64,000 bases of DNA from assembly GCA_036172245.1 (NCBI GenBank), contig JAYWIR010000001.1, forward strand, positions 2,914,001-2,978,000. Direction: 5' to 3'. This DNA is from Raillietiella orientalis (Eukaryota). Below are positions 1 through 15,100 of this stretch, piece after piece. Within the stretch, counting starts at the first letter, position 1. Each line of letters starts with the position of its first letter. Made by a program: the position numbers and the translations under genes. Under the pieces are notes generated by a model that did no database searches, was not told the origin of the DNA, and saw nothing but the letters and a program-made list of their open reading frames with translations.

Positions 1-103
1 CGCAGTTCCCGTTGTATTCGAATTTTCCCTGATTCAGTTGCATGGGCAGGTCGGGAGTCTGGAAGTTGAGCGCTACCATCTGGCATCCAGCGTTCCAAAA
101 GAT
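1..103 (-). CDS. norpA: PLC-beta exon 14 (partial; [34 protein letters not shown])
   Basis: Y-box motif; runs off the window edge. Confidence 0.96.
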   Translation of the reverse strand, partial: MFWNAGCQMVALNFQTPDLPMQLNQGKFEYNGNC

Positions 104-3100
104 CTGAATGCCATTTCATTAGTAGGAAAGGGAAACCAGGAATTTACCTGAGGCATGAAATTGGACGAATCGGCTCGGGTGCCCTTTGGGTAGATGCGGC
201 TCAGCTGCCGCTTGTTGTAGTTCACGAATTCTATGGCCTGAGACTTCAAGTGCCCTAGAGCGGTTGTTTCCGGATACGAAGACATTTGAAAGTGCAGGTT
301 GCGCTCTGAAACGCAAAGCATCCTGAACTCGGAGATTCGGGAAGATGTTCGCTGAGCCGAGCCCAGATGCTCAGATGATTTCAGGAGCCGAGCACAGATG
401 AAAGGTGAGCTCCCGTTCAAGAAAACAGAATGGCCTTTCGTCTAGACGTTTCTCGTATCGCCCTCGTAATCTCCCATCCGCAGTTTGTTGGCCAGTCGGA
501 AGAATAACTGACCAACAAACCGGGAAAAGGAAAATCGAGCAAAAGGACAGAGCTGAAGCATTCGCATTTCGGGTGGTGAAAGAGGTTCGACTTCTGATGA
601 TGACTTCTTCCATTCCCGTTTCCATGACGAGCCTGGTGACACGGGTTTTATTTTTTCTTGGTTCGCTACGTTCTTGGTCTGGAGACTCACGAAGCTCCTC
701 AACACTGTTCCTTGTCACCTGGGGGTGACTCTTTCAATTAGGGGGTAGCCCAGGAGGGGACCACCCTGTGAATCCAGAAAGGCTCCGAAGGAAGGGAGTC
801 CGTTCCTCTCACTCTTGGTAGAAGAACAGCGAAGGGAACCTTTTCCCTATTCTCTCCGGAGGGACTCCCAGGAGGAGGCCAATCCTCGTTTCTTCTTCGA
901 AGGGAACCCGGAAGGGATCCGCTGCTGGAATTTGTTCTCCGCAAGGGAACCGCTCCTTGTTTTTCCTCCTCCTCTGAAGAGAAGAACCCCAAAGGGACGC
1001 CTCCAGATTTCTCTGGAGGGTTCTTCTTCACATTCCGGAGAGGTGTCGGTCCACCAGCTCCATGGTACGAGATGGCTGGCTCCATCTTCGCAACCGAGAG
1101 GAAACCCGAAGGGTTTCTCGATACCTGGAGGGATCCCCGGAGGGTCGACCTCCAATCTCGGTCTGTCAACGGGGGCAACCGACTTCCACTTGTTCCACAC
1201 CCGAATGCAGTCCAGCCAGAGTCATCTTTCGGGAAGACCTAGAAACTCCCACAGCGCACCCGTTTCTCTGGAGTCGATGCTTCACGGATATTAACACACG
1301 CAACGCTGGGTGCCACGCTCAGAGACCACAACCACACGGCCGCCAACACGGGCCGGTGGCACAGAAGAATCTCTAGACAACCATTATCGAAAGAGACAGA
1401 AGGGTTGATGAGAGTTTTTGGAGGTGGTGAAATGACTTTAAAGCGACCGTTTTCAATCTAAATAATCAATGAAATGAGGGAAAGGAAAAAAATGGCAAGC
1501 ACTCGACTCGTCGAGAGAGAACTTGAAGTTCCATTCCGTCTTTCTTCACGACCGAAATAATGCCAGGAAGGAGACCACGATCCACACGCATGGAAGTTTC
1601 AGACGAGACAAAGTTGGGTTGGGAATTCCTCACGGGATGACTGCAGCTGGAAGTTATCGAAAATAATTGCAGCATCACGCCCACATGACTGTTCTTAGAA
1701 TAACCGTCCTCGAGGTAATTGCGAGGTCATCTGCATGGCGAAGCCAAGAAACGAGGCAAACCGCAACGGGAACTTCTCTTGACTCAGTGAGGCTTCGTGA
1801 ATCGAAAGGGAGCAGCAAGCATTTATCCAGCGGGAGGTACAGCAGTCAGCCAGATGCTTGATGGGGGACCACTGTTTCAAGGCCGTCCGGGCGTGCACGG
1901 AAACGCCTTCGTGGTTGATCGTGGTTTGAACGACAAGGGTCTCGAGGAATGCCGAGGAACACTGTCCTTGAGTATCGCAGGAAACGCGGCTTATCTGGAT
2001 GCAGGTTGGGCACGATGACCGCGGGGAATGGAATTTGAGGAACAGCGTGGTGAAGTCACGGAGATTTGCATGTGAGAATCACAATCACAATCACGTGTGA
2101 GTACGGTGATGAACGCCGCGATCAGAAAGGAGTTCTGAAAGCAATTTCCATCTTTAGAATGCATGTCCACCGACTGGAAAACATCTTTCGAGACTTTTGG
2201 CCATCGGCAGCTGGGTGCAGAACAGTCTCTGGCAGATGTATCAGAAGTTTCTTGGGAAGGCAAAACAGGGATCAGAAAACAGGAGTATGAAGGGGGAAGG
2301 GAGGAGAGGAGGAGCATTCGATCAGTTATTAGCGATGCAAAAATTATATCTAGTTGTAAGTTCTCTGCTCCAAAAATTTCGAATCGCTGCTCAGATCCTG
2401 TGGGCCAGATTGATAAGGACCACGAGGAACGTAGCTAGAAGGAGTATGCAGCTAGCAATGCTGTTAATTTCAAACGGTGGGGCTAAGAGCTCATTTGAGA
2501 CAGGTGATTCCAGGAGGATTCCAAATCATGGCTCATGGCAACGGGTGATGGAAACACTCTGAGGCTGAAGTGTCCGTGAAACGTCCTATGAGGCGACAAA
2601 AGGAATTCGACTTCCTCGTACTTTCGTATTCTTCGCCTCTCCGCGCGATGAAATGCTCAAGGGAAGCGGTGTCTTCTTCGCTTTCGAGCCTTCCATCTTC
2701 TAGGAAGCAAACTGAGCGACCGAATCTAAATTTTGTTTTTTCGAACCGACAACCCCACCGTTGTTCCCAGATTCTCCAAGAATCTGGTGTCGATCGTGTC
2801 GGGAATCTCGGGATCCCCAACAGGAAGCGAAGGTTTATCCGTACTATCGCGGTCTAGCGATCTAACTGATGGAGGTTTTTCCGAGGTTTTTTTGAGCGGG
2901 TAGTCAAGGCAACGGCACGCAGAACCGCCTGACTTTTAAGAATGCTGTTTTTGAGGGTCCCCAGTGCCATGCGACCGACAGGAACACATCAAACGTTCTC
3001 GTTCCTGTTCATGATTCACACTTCTAATCATTTCGAATGAGGGCGCGCTCGCGCATCTCTCCAAGAGGGGTGTCAGGGAAAAGCCCTTTTTCAACGAATG

Positions 3101-6100
3101 CTGACTGAAACGACTGTCCCTTTCATTACCTTCAGCGATTTCGAATCCTTGAAATTTAAGGGGCTCACAGTAATTTACCATGGACGACAACCAAGGATGG
3201 ACATGCGTGGTGGCACCTTGATAATGGTATTTGAGAAAAGCTTCTTCGACTGCTGTCATACCGATGGGTTCTAATTTTTCCATATCCTACAGAAAATTAT
3301 AGAAGGAATTTCAGCACATTTTTTTTTTTTTTGAAAGGCAGATGGTCCCAGGAAGAAAGTGAATTCCGAATCAGGCAGGGGTTCTCGCGTTTGCTGATTG
3401 ATAGTACAGTGGGGTTCCGAGATCCGCGGAGGGAACCTGCTAAAAAGGCGCTAAGAAGTTCCTCAAGGAGTGTCTACGCCATGGGCAAAAGTCTTGTAAG
3501 AGTCCAGGAAAGCAACTTGCTGCTATTCTCGCTCTTTAGGGCACGTCTCGAGAGTCTACGAAAACATGCGAAAACGAACGAGTGCAAAATTTTTCTGAAG
3601 ATTGTTATTTTTCGCAAAAGTCATTTTGGTCCAAGTCGCATTCTGCACGTGACGCAAAGCAGAAGGCAACTGCATGATGCACCTTATCATCGCAAAGGTC
3701 AGCAGCATCTGCGATCGTGTAATCTCCGATCTTACCCATTAAAATTCGCTCTTTAATTTAGAGCAGAAGCTCAGATGTGTGGAACAAGGATTTTTTTTTT
3801 TTTTAATATATATATATACATACATACACGTATACGATTCTATTTTTGACAGGTGAGAAACAAAAGAAATACTGAAATTATAGGGTGCAGGCAGGATTCG
3901 ACCTTCTATTTACCTTCCATATGAAGTTTCCGAATCGCGTGCTGTTGAAAATGTTTAGTCGTCAATAAAAAGAAGTTTTTCAATTATTTTTTCAAGAAGC
4001 ATTTACATGTTGAAAATCTGAATTTCTGAGGTCACGAAGAGGCTGCCGCGCCACCGTGTCACTTCGCGACACGTATTCAAAGTGCGGTTAGCATTTTGTC
4101 CGACGTTCGAGACCGATTAGCAAATGCAAAAGTGGCCTGAAGGCATCTCAGGATACATAGCAACGTGGTTGGATGGAGCCACAAAAGTCGGTTGACCATG
4201 CACCGCGGAAAGTGAAAGGGCGCCTGGTGAGGGAGGCGGAAGCAGTCGGTGAGACACGAAGTGAAGCTTCCATTTTCCATGTTGCAGCGTGCACTGACCG
4301 GTCGGGTCAGTAGCCCTGAAGCGAAGTGAAGGAGACGATAGTTTTCCTTTGGGATCAGTCGAAGCCACGAATCACTCGGCAGATTCGAAATACTCCACGA
4401 ATTCAGACGCACTCTCATCGAGAACGCTGGCCGAGTCGTCTTCGAGACCACGAAAGCCACTATCGAGGGCACATCCTCTTTTTTTTCCTGGTACGTTCTT
4501 TCGAATACCAGTTTCTCAACTCTTCCAGTTTATTGGCCGGACTGGTAAGAGGCATTCAGGATGACATTTAGGGTAATACATATCTCCTTGCAATCTGGAC
4601 CGCCGTTATCCTGAATATTCAGCCCAGATCGGAGATCTGGTGCAAGGGATGGCCTCTTTTTAACACCTACATTGAAAGTTGCCACTATCGCTCATCCGGA
4701 GTCGAATATATCCATATACGTATAAATTGAAACATATATTTATATATGTATATGGCTTAATTGTTCTTCGACCTTGAATCTTCCTGCTACTTTGTCTTTG
4801 TGACATCGCATTCTGTGGACAGGAAACTATCCTGTTTTTTTATATCTCTTCCCGCCCCTAAAGCCAACCTTGGAAGAAAATTCCAGTCCACTTTGCTAAG
4901 AGAACTCGAGTTTGTTTGTTTGTTTTTCCTCATGCACGGCAAACAGGAAGGAATGTTTTCTGGAATCGGGTATACTCCGCTTGTTTCTTGAGGAAATGCC
5001 TTGGTGTCATGAAATCGGCAAAGAGTTTTGTGTCTTTCAGTGGATAATGGCCGCCGCGTCAGCCGAAGTCCCTCCGGCTGAAGTTGCCCTTGTTCCCGAC
5101 TCTGTTGAATTCTGTATAGCAGCCGGCTTCACGAAGACGTCGTCATGGAAATCCTGTGATCCTTTCAGCACTTTGCGCCTGCCTCCGGACGAAGTGAGCT
5201 CAAAGAGGTTCTGTGCCCAAACATATCTTGTTTGGAGTGTGGAGGGAAGCTTCCCAAACACTCGCGTCTTGGCGATGAGTCACTCATCGGGAATCAGATG
5301 AGATGATCATGTGTTGACAGCGACCGCAACCAGTATGAGCATGTCAGGTAGGTGTAGAGAGCAATGGGTACGTTAGCTGGCGAGATCGCAAATGGACCGC
5401 GTTCCTCATCAAGCCCAAAGCTTCTGCTTTGCAGCTGGAGATGAAGAATTCAATTAAAACCGAGAAAACCTACGAGGAGGAGTAGACGGATCGTAGGGGA
5501 AAATCATCATCCCTATGAAGATGAAGGATGGATGCTAAGCATATTGGTTAATTTCCTATAATGATTCACAGAAGCAGGGAGCCGGAGACGGAGGAGGAGG
5601 GACTGCCGATCTTAGCTCGGAGCGAGCGTTTCTGGAGAGTACGGCGTTAGGAATCCCCGCAGGATTTCGCGGGCAGCGGAGGGGAAGACGTCTTTTGCGC
5701 TCTCGTGAGCGCTAAGATAAATACGATGATCACGAACGGGCGCTTGAGAGAGTGTGAGCAGGTGCATCGTGGGAGAACGCCGCGAGCAGTTTTGAGCTGC
5801 AATCTGATTCACTAGAGCGTGGTGCAGGGGCTACATGGTGAGGCTTCCCTCTCACTTACTTCCAAGCCGGGCACCAAAGAGTGGTCTTCCGAGTGCTTCT
5901 GGGACGAAGAAGCATCGAGCAAATAGGCTTCCGGAGTCATCTGGAAAAAGAAATGTGCCTCAGGAAAGACATATGTACGCACAATCATATGTACAATCAT
6001 AATCTATATGTACGCACAATCAACATCTACTCAGGTCATAAGGTACTGGAAGACGACAAGAGGATCGCCAAATCACGTTATAAAGTTGTTCCGGAGTTCG

Positions 6101-9100
6101 AAGGACAAGTCTTTTGAGGATGGAGAAGATGTGGTTCAGAGGTTAAATTTCAAGAAATCGGAACGGTTTTTTTCTCTTTCCAGAACAATCTAAAATTATA
6201 CACACATTCCTACACATCAGCATGATTTTTAGAATACCTTGTCATTAATCAGCGTTCCAGAATCCTCCTTTTCCTCGTCTTCTGTGTTCAACTGCCCTTT
6301 GAGGAATAATTCCAGCTCCTGCTTTTCCAATTCGGGTTTCAGTTTCTTATTCTTGATCAAAATCTTTCTTTTAAGCTGGTTGGGAGAAGGCAAGGGAACT
6401 CCTGGTTCCAACTAAACAGGAACGGTGAAGGCTGGGTTTTTGTCATAAGTGGTGTACCGGGCATTCTGGGAGAGGTTCTTTTAGCAGGAGATCCCCGAAA
6501 ATTTCGTCGCAGTATTTGGCAAGCTTGTACTGCTGAAGCTTGCAGCAGTGGTTCTCAAATGACAAAATCACGGGATATTCAGAAGTGACGAAAGCGCAGT
6601 CTCTGATGGCGTAGATGACGTCCTTTACCGTAACGATTCGTGGCGGATCGATACACCGCACATTACCTTAAATAAAATGTCGGTGCACATGGCCTTCCCG
6701 TGAGTGATGATCGGTTCCTCATCCTCTCCTTTGCCGTCCCAGCAATCCAGCTCTATGCACCGGCATCCGGCCAGGAGCACCTGCCTGTACATTTCGACGG
6801 AGGATTTCCCTCCAAACTGGCGTCCGGTCAGGTACGTGTTGTGGGAAGAGTTGATGTAGTAATGTGCTAAAGGCTGGTCCATGTCCTGGTAGATGTCGAG
6901 CCGGTCCAAGAACACCGGAGCGTTCTCATCAGACATGAGGTAGCGGATCAAGCCGTCTCTACTAAGCTTTTCTGGAACAGTGACGAATTCTGTTACACGC
7001 TCTTGTCCGCAATGACTCGAAAGAGTTGCGCAGAGGTCAGAGAAAGTGCATCTTCCGGAATCCAAAGCGAAAGTCAGTAATCGACGTTGCCTTCTTATAT
7101 GAGAACTCAGCAACGGCATCAGAAGAATCGCAAGGAAGACGGAAAGTGTCCCTCCTTCCCCACAGTCAGTAGAAGCACAAGTCTCGGTAAGATCACTCGT
7201 AGGGGGATCCCTGAAGGTCAGCCTGGGAACCCAAAAGGGACGAAATGCTCAAGGAACCCGGAGTCCCCTCTCAAGGGAAAGTCTCCCTCTCTTTCCGATC
7301 GCTCGAAGAAGAAGGAAAACAGGAGGCGGTGAAGGTTGTTGCGCAAAGAAGTCACGTGAGAGGGAACCTTTTACCCTTCGCGCAAGGGAACTCGCAGAGA
7401 GATTTTCTGACGATCCGAATCGAAAGCGAAAGATTACTTTCTTCCTGGAGAGTTTCGTCCTGCTCGTAGTTGCAGATAATTTGCATCGCTCTGGCTTCGT
7501 CGTAGAATGGGTACAGAATTTCATTCAGCCTGGGATCCCGCTGCCTCTCGTTCAGGAAGGTGACGAACTGGTCGATGGTGATGTAGTCCGTTTTTCCCTG
7601 AGTTCTGGGGAAGGGGGGGGGAGGGAACCACCAAATGATGGGTGCAGCGAATGAGGGCACGCGCGTCTGGAAATGACTCACATCATCTGGAACAGCTCGT
7701 CGATGTCACTTCTGGGGCAGATATTATGATAGAGCTGATAGAACTTGTTGAAGGTGAAATCTGCCTTTTCTATGACGTCATTCTAGAAAAGAAAATATGG
7801 AAGAATTAGCAGTAGGTTTCCGACCGACTTGCGGTTCCCTCACACACTATGACCGGTTGGTGCAGGCCAGCTGACGAGCTTTCAGAACAGGCACCCACGA
7901 ACAAACCTGCTTTTGTCACCATTCTTTTCTTTTCTTTTCTTTCTTTCTTTTTTTTGAAGGGGGGGAAAGGGAAGGGAGTGTGGGGGTCACATCACGCATG
8001 CTGATTATGCCGAAGCGAAGAGTCAGTTGCAGACTCTCATGCGAAAATTCTTCATGCGCAACATGCGCTCCGGCAGGAATATCTTCGCTACCGCAACATC
8101 AGCGAGGGGGATTCACTTTCAGCTTCCCAAACTCATTTGCACGCGCTGCGCAATCTTAAGTCCGTTCTGGTGGAGGTCGGGGTAGAACAATCTGACTCGG
8201 CATCGACTGCTGAGGGCTGAAACCGTGCTTTAAGCTGAAAACTGGTTGCAGAGCAAATACAAGCTGCGGATTTCACTGAACTCGTTGATGATGGTGATGC
8301 TGGTAGGTTCGTTGCCGGTAGGTCTCCATCATGGGACCATCATCAGTTTCTTTCAGGAAGTGATTTGAGAAAGGTGGGTGCCTCGAACTAGAGCAATACC
8401 CTTTGTACTTTCGAAAGTGTTTTACCGAAAAGCAAAAAAAAAAATGTGGACCCACATTGATTCGGCCCGGGACCGATCGCCTTAGCATACATCGTTTAAC
8501 CTTTTTTTTTCTTAAAGGCCAGTAGCGACCTCACGAGGACATTGTTGCTGTTGACCTCGGATGATGGAAGCCCTTTTGGGTTTCCTCTGTTTCGGCTTCT
8601 TTCCTTCGAGATTTTTTTTTTTTTTTTGCTTTCTTTTTTCGGGTTTTCTTCTTTTGGTTCTGGAGCGCTGAAGGACCTTTCGCCTAGGGGCTCACGAGCT
8701 CTTTCACACTGTGCGCCACCCAAGGTCGCGCGTAGCAACTCTTCCAGTTATAGGATGTAGCTCCAAGAGGGATCACGCTACGAATCAAAGAAGGGCTTCA
8801 GAGGAAGGAGTTCGTTTCTCTTATGCTTGGGAAGGAATCCTGAAGGGAACTTCGCCCTGGTTGCCTCCGGAAGGACCCTCCGTTTTGTGGATGCCACCCC
8901 TCATTACTTCTCCGGAGGGAACCCGGAAAGAATCCGCTCCTAAATTTCTTCTCCGGAAGAGAATAAGGAAGACAACCCCAAGGGACGCTTCCCGATTTAT
9001 CCGAAGGCTCTCCCTGAAGGGAGCAGCGCGCTTCTTACACTCTGGAGAGGTGACCCTCCGAAGGAGGGTATCAACCAGCTCCGTGGTACGCGATGAAGAA

Positions 9101-12100
9101 TCTTCCCACGAGGGGAGGGGCGGCAGTTTTTACAGCCGAAGAGAACCCAGAAGGGAACCGGCTCTTCTTGGCTCCTGGAAGGAACCCGGAAGGTCATTCC
9201 AAGCCCTGCCAGTCTGCGAAGGCATCCGGGGGTTTCCAAATTCCACAGATTCCACAACCGAAGCCTACAGGCCAACTGGAGTCATCTTGCGAGAACGACT
9301 CGAAACCCACGAGGCACCCCCCACTTGTCAACGTCGATTCTTCCCCGGGAGGGAACTCGCGACGCTTTGTGCCACGCGCGAAGACCGCAGCCACACGGCC
9401 GCCGCCACGGGCTAATTGCCTGGTATTACAGATCACCTCCAGCAACAGAGGCACCTCAGACAGTTTTAAAAACGTTCAAAGAGTTTCACAAGTCACCATG
9501 AAAGAGCTTAGCTTTGAGGGACTCCGTTCCCTCCAGTTTGAGTGATTCCAAGCAGAGCCAGAACCGGCAAAGACGGAAGGAGGATGCGCGGAAAGAAGGA
9601 AAAAAGCAAAGTAGGAACGGAGCGACTCGTGGATGCTGGAAAGATTGCTTCGAGCCAGAGATGTTTCGCAGCACCGGACGCTAGCATCCTGGGAGCGTAG
9701 GGTTCGATGTACCGGATGAAGGTGGGCGCTTGGGGATCACTTCTGGTCCCAGACGCATGGCATTCAAGGACCACTCAGAGATGCGCGCGCGCGCACCGAG
9801 AAAGGAGCGCATGCAGGAAGTCGCAGCCGCCAGACGTTCCACGAGAAAGTGCGCAAGAAGTTCTTCGCATTCTCGCATGTCGCTCCATCGCCTGATTCCT
9901 TCCTGTTTCGAAACGCAGGACTCCGCGGTACGCTCCAAGAAGAAGGGATGGGCAAGCTCCATCAGCCGCTATCGACTTCCAGGCAAGTGTGCCTGCAGCT
10001 GCTCTGGGAAACTCGGACCAAACAGCAGGTGGTCAGACGTGAATCCTCCTCTGGCGAAGGCAGCTGTGCGACTTTCTTGGTTGTGCTCCAAGCGGGACCA
10101 GAGACCAGAGAAAGAACCAAAGATGCTCTTGCAAGAAGCAGCGCCGTTCCGAACCACATGCCCCACGTGCCGAGCACTTGCTCCACCGACTCGCACCAGA
10201 TGCTTCCTCTCCTGCAAGAAGCGCCCACGCTTCCAAGTCTGCAGAGTCGCACGTGCAGACACGCGCTCATCTCCTGTCCATTCCACCATCATCCAGGAAT
10301 GAATGTCGTCGGCGCCAGAAATTCAAGCCAGCCGGGCACCAACGGCGGACGATTCGACGTGCCTCCTCCTCTTTCCCTCCGGTGCCGGAGCGTCCTCTAG
10401 CGCCCACGGGAGCGTCTACGGCGACTTCCGAGCGTTCCTGCTCCTGGACGCTTCCGGTTGCCTGCTCCCGATCCCGTACTATCGGTGCTGCGTCTGGGCG
10501 CATCCGCGAACCGAGGTGTGCTTGATCTCCCTGGATCGTGCGAGAATCGCCGCCGGAGCCAGAAGCGGGCCGGAACGCGCCGATCCTGCAGGAACAGGAG
10601 ACAGGCACGGCTCGGGATAGCGACGGGCCGAGCGGAGTCGTCGCCGTCGCCGTCGCCGTCGCGACCTCACCTCGTCCCGGAGAAAGCGGAGACCGTGCTG
10701 CTCGACCCGCAAGCAGGTCCGTTCGCCCGCCGGACGCACGCTCCGGGGCGCGCGCCGGGGGCAGACCGGCAGCGGTCGGTCGGGGGTCGCCGGAAGCGCA
10801 GCGGCGTCGGGCTCGCTCGGTTGCCGGACTCTTCGCGGGAAGGGGGAGGCCACGTCTTGAACACGATGGCGGTGGCGCGCGATGAGCGGGGCAGGACCGG
10901 CCTGCCCTTTGCCATGACGATCCCGGAAACGAGGCGGAAAGACTGGCACCTCGGGCCTGGACGCCTGCGGTCGCTTTTCAAGGAGTATTTTCCTTCCTGC
11001 CCGCGCGAAGAGCAAGCACGAAGCACGCGGGTGGTCCAACCTTCCAAGCTACTGACATCACCTCCTGAGGAATCGACGCACCGAGAGCTTTGACGCGGGC
11101 TCGAGGGAGCGGCGCCAAGCACTCCTGGGTCTCTTGGCGCCACACGACTTCTCGGAAAGGGGAAGGGGGAGAGAAGGTGGTTCAAAGCACTAAGGCGGCT
11201 CCTCCTGACAACCCCCTTCCCCCTCCTCTGGACTGCTCGTCGCAGACCGGCCCTTGGGCGGCGACGACGAGGCCGGACGGGTCCAAGAGGCGGCGAAGGT
11301 TGTGGAAAAATCCCCTTCCCTCCATTCCTCTACGCGATTCAGGATCTTCCAAAACGCAGCGTTGTGGACCGTTCCAGATGAAGCACCTGGGGAAGTGGCG
11401 AGGAAGAGGGAGGATCCTGATTGGCAGACGAACTCCCTCAATCCGTCCTTGATTCCTGCTTCAATCTCGTCCCCTTCAGAGGATGGAGATCTGGCACCAG
11501 GAGTGAAGGATGAAAGGAAGGTGGGAGCAGCTCACACGCTGGGAGGGAATGCCCAAAAGCGGGGCCAAGGAACCCCGGTCTCTTCGCATGGGGATCCGGG
11601 GATTCGCGCCCCGGCTGGTCCCCCTCCGCTTGGTCGGAAGAGCACAGGAAAGAAGAACGGAACCCTCGCCCCCTTGGACGCCGCTCCTTTGCTGGCCAGG
11701 AAGCCGACCCATCCACCAGCAAGGAACTTCCGAACGGGCACGGGATCTGACGCGTGCGTTCCCTATAGGAATCGGCTGCAGGGTGTCTTAGGAGGTCACT
11801 TGCTCGGCATCGTGGAACGCGGTCCGTCAAAGAGATGCTCTCCGGAGAATCTGGGTTTACCAGAAGAAAGATTTGGGGGAACTTTCAGGCGGCCCTCCAA
11901 GCCAAGAGGAAAAAGCGCCTCCCCTAGAAAGTGGGGAGCGGGGAGAGGGGATTGAGCCCGCGTGGCGCCTGCAGAGACTCTGTCCACTTACCCTTCACGC
12001 AAGATCAGCGAGGAAAAACCATCCCCTCCACGTGGCAGCTTTGCCTTTCTCCCCCCTAGCCCTACGGCCCCATGCGTTTGGTCTCAGCCAGATAGGTTTT

Positions 12101-15100
12101 CCGGACCCTCGCCGACTGCGTCAAAGCGGGAGCGCGTGGCGCGTAGCAGGGGTGATGACGCCTGTGGCGAGAAAAGAGAACCTGCGAGAACCGTGAGGCA
12201 GATGGAAGGACGAAGGCCGTCGGGAATGGACGAGGGGAAGACCAGCAAGCCGGGGAGGGGGAACTGCGAGGCGGAGCAACTCTGAACTTGCGCTGGTCAC
12301 TGAGGGCCAGAGCTCGGCAAACTCTGAATCTCCGCGGACCATCCCCGCCGGCAGCGGCGGGCTCAGCAGCAGCAGCCGCTGCCAAGAAGCGGAATCTCTT
12401 GTCTCCAGGGGCGGAAGGAGATAGGTAGGAAGGTCGGGTGCTCTCCGGACCCGCTGAGGGAACAGGGGTAGCGCCGCCTCCCATGCAAGTCCCATGGTTC
12501 CAGGAAGCAGGTCGCAGAAAACCGGCTTCAGCTTTTCTCTCTCCCCTCCTCCTCCCACCCGCCCGATCTTCTGCTCCGAGCACGTTCCGTGCAGCGGACC
12601 CGGGAACCCGTCCGTTTGCTACCGTAGATGGACACCGACAGGCAACGGAGGGAGACTGGAAAGGGGACACCACCTCCGCCCTCCCTTCGCCCTATGTCCG
12701 AAGGCAGAAGCATCTGCTGGGCGCACCCTGCTGCAGGAATGCTCGATGGCACGCAGATGCGGAGGCGAAGCTTCCAGGAGCTCAAGAACCACAAGAGAGG
12801 GCTCCGCCTGGACCTCGAGCAAACGCACATGTGTCCAAACATTGATGTGTGCGTGGGCGGAAGGGGAGGAGGAGGACAGCATCATTGGAGCCAGAGGCGA
12901 ATTCTCTGCCCTCCCCTCCCGACCTTACCTATCCGTAAGCTCGGAGTTATCACGGGAGGAACGGCACAACAGCATGGCGCAGCACCTGAGGAGCGAAGAG
13001 GAGGACCTCTCAACAAACGGCCGGCCCCGATCGCTGGGGTCATCTGGGCAGCTTTTTTTCCACGCGCCGACCACCCTCCTCTCCGTCGGTACATCTCGAA
13101 ATTTTCCCTCCCTCGCTCGCCCTCCCTCAAAGCACACCCGCCTCACATCATTAGGTCTTTTCTGGAACATTCTCTAATCTGAGGAAGCACCAACAAGACC
13201 CTCTTCTTCAAGAGCACTTCGGAGCTCCTGCACTGGAGCGAAGGAGGAGTGCTCTCACTGAACCTGCCATCTGCCCTCGGATGGAAGTACGGAACATCGG
13301 ATGGGTTGCCGCCAGGGACGAACGAATCCCTAAGAATCTCAGCCCCGTCGTGAAGGTGAGTCGAACAGTCAGACGGAGGGGATGGACCGAACTACTCCTC
13401 GTTTGCGGTGCCGACTCAAATCCCGAACCAGCGCCGAAAGATTTTAAGAACAAATAAATCCATATGCTTATTATGTATGTATATATATATACATAAACAA
13501 TTACACCTTTATGTAGTCAGTCGGTAACTCGATGGAGCACGCGGTGCGCAAAAAAGCGTTCGCGTACCGCGTCTAAATTTATTTTGGTAATTTTATAATA
13601 TGGATTAATCCAGGTCTTCATTTGCGTAGAAATCTATGTATATGAACGCATATAATAAATATGTTTGTTTATTTTGAAGATCGTTTGGGATTTCGGCGGT
13701 TAGGGTTTTGAACGAAACCCCTTCATTCGTATTCTCGAAAAGTCTTCTGTAGAATCGGAATCCTCCCGACCGCAGCCTCCACGCTTGATAATAGCGGAAA
13801 TGGAGATGGATGAGAAGCAACTTTTTCAAGAGTTTGCAGAATAATTTCCTCTTCGGCAGGGGTCGGGCTCACAGATCGGTTCGGAAGAGAAGGACAGGCA
13901 CGTCGACGCCTCGGTGACCGCGTCAGGTCGAGCGACCACACTTGGACCACGGTTTCCGCATCTTCCGTTGCTTGCCTGAGAGCCACAGAAAGGTGATTCT
14001 TGCAATCCATGGCACTCTCTCTTCAAGATGCTTTCTTCGATATCCCGGTAATTCTTGCACCCAATGGAGCTGCTAGAGTCGTGAATGGATTCAAAACTTC
14101 CATGTAAACAAAAAAGGAAGAGGAGCACATCCCATTCTGCGGCTGCCGGAGCAATTTCCAAGGAATGGTAGCATGAATAGATGCTTGCAGGAGAAAGATG
14201 CTGTGAAGATCAGCTTGTTCGCGGAGGGTCCACACGCAGCTGGTTACAAAACCAAGAATAATTAAGACCCTTGTCCTTTAACTTGCCTCGCGATGAAGAA
14301 TGTAAGAAGAACTCGGCCAAATGCAATCGATTCCAGATCCAGTGAATGTGGAATCGCCGCCATGTTTGCGACATCGGATCGCCGCCATGTTTGCGACATC
14401 GGATCATTATTGCCAAGCGGCATTTATTACGGCGCACTCGTCAGAAGCAGGAAAACTCAAGAAAAACACACATACACACACACACACGTTTGCAAATTTC
14501 TTCGTGTGTACGGTAAGGAAACACTGAACTGCGAAGAGGCAGTCGAACATATGAGAGACCCAATCGGAATGTTTGCATGTCAGTTGATGGGATCGAGAAC
14601 TGACCGGGCGATCGAGGGTCCACGAGAAATTCTTGGAATTCACCCCCTTGTTTGCCCGGTCTGAGCATAGAAGGGAAGGACACTTCAAGGGAATGTGTCT
14701 GACATTCTTGGACAGTGTGGCATTCAGGGGAGATTCTCATTCAAAAAGGGTCCCGATGGCCAGGTGGTAAACGTAAAGGTCCACATGCTCCCATCAGTAT
14801 GGAATAGCAATAATTCCAAAATGCCTGAAGCGCGCACTTCGAATCACTTGCGACATTACAGTAGGTCGAATGTATGAAACGAGACAATGCTCCATGGGAA
14901 CGACGAGACAAGACGATTGGGATATCCTCCTGCGCGAGCACATGGGAGCATCGGTGAAGATGCACTAAGCAGTGCTTGGGTCGATTTTAGCGCACCAAAG
15001 CGAAAGACGTCAGCAAACGTGAAAAACTCCTCTCACACGTCCGACGCAATCCAAAAAAGTTTCGAAAGGCATGTTTCCCTGGACCCCGGTGATGAAGCGT

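Noticed and set aside
738-1294. Recurring ORFs inside the SINE core; possible deltavirus-like or peptide-coding element
   Set aside because: Frames are not conserved between subfamilies, there is no delta-antigen resemblance, and I found no complete ribozyme motif.
5037-5261. Coding-looking ORF in intron 11
   Set aside because: Ends in a stop with no convincing donor, and has no recognisable homology.
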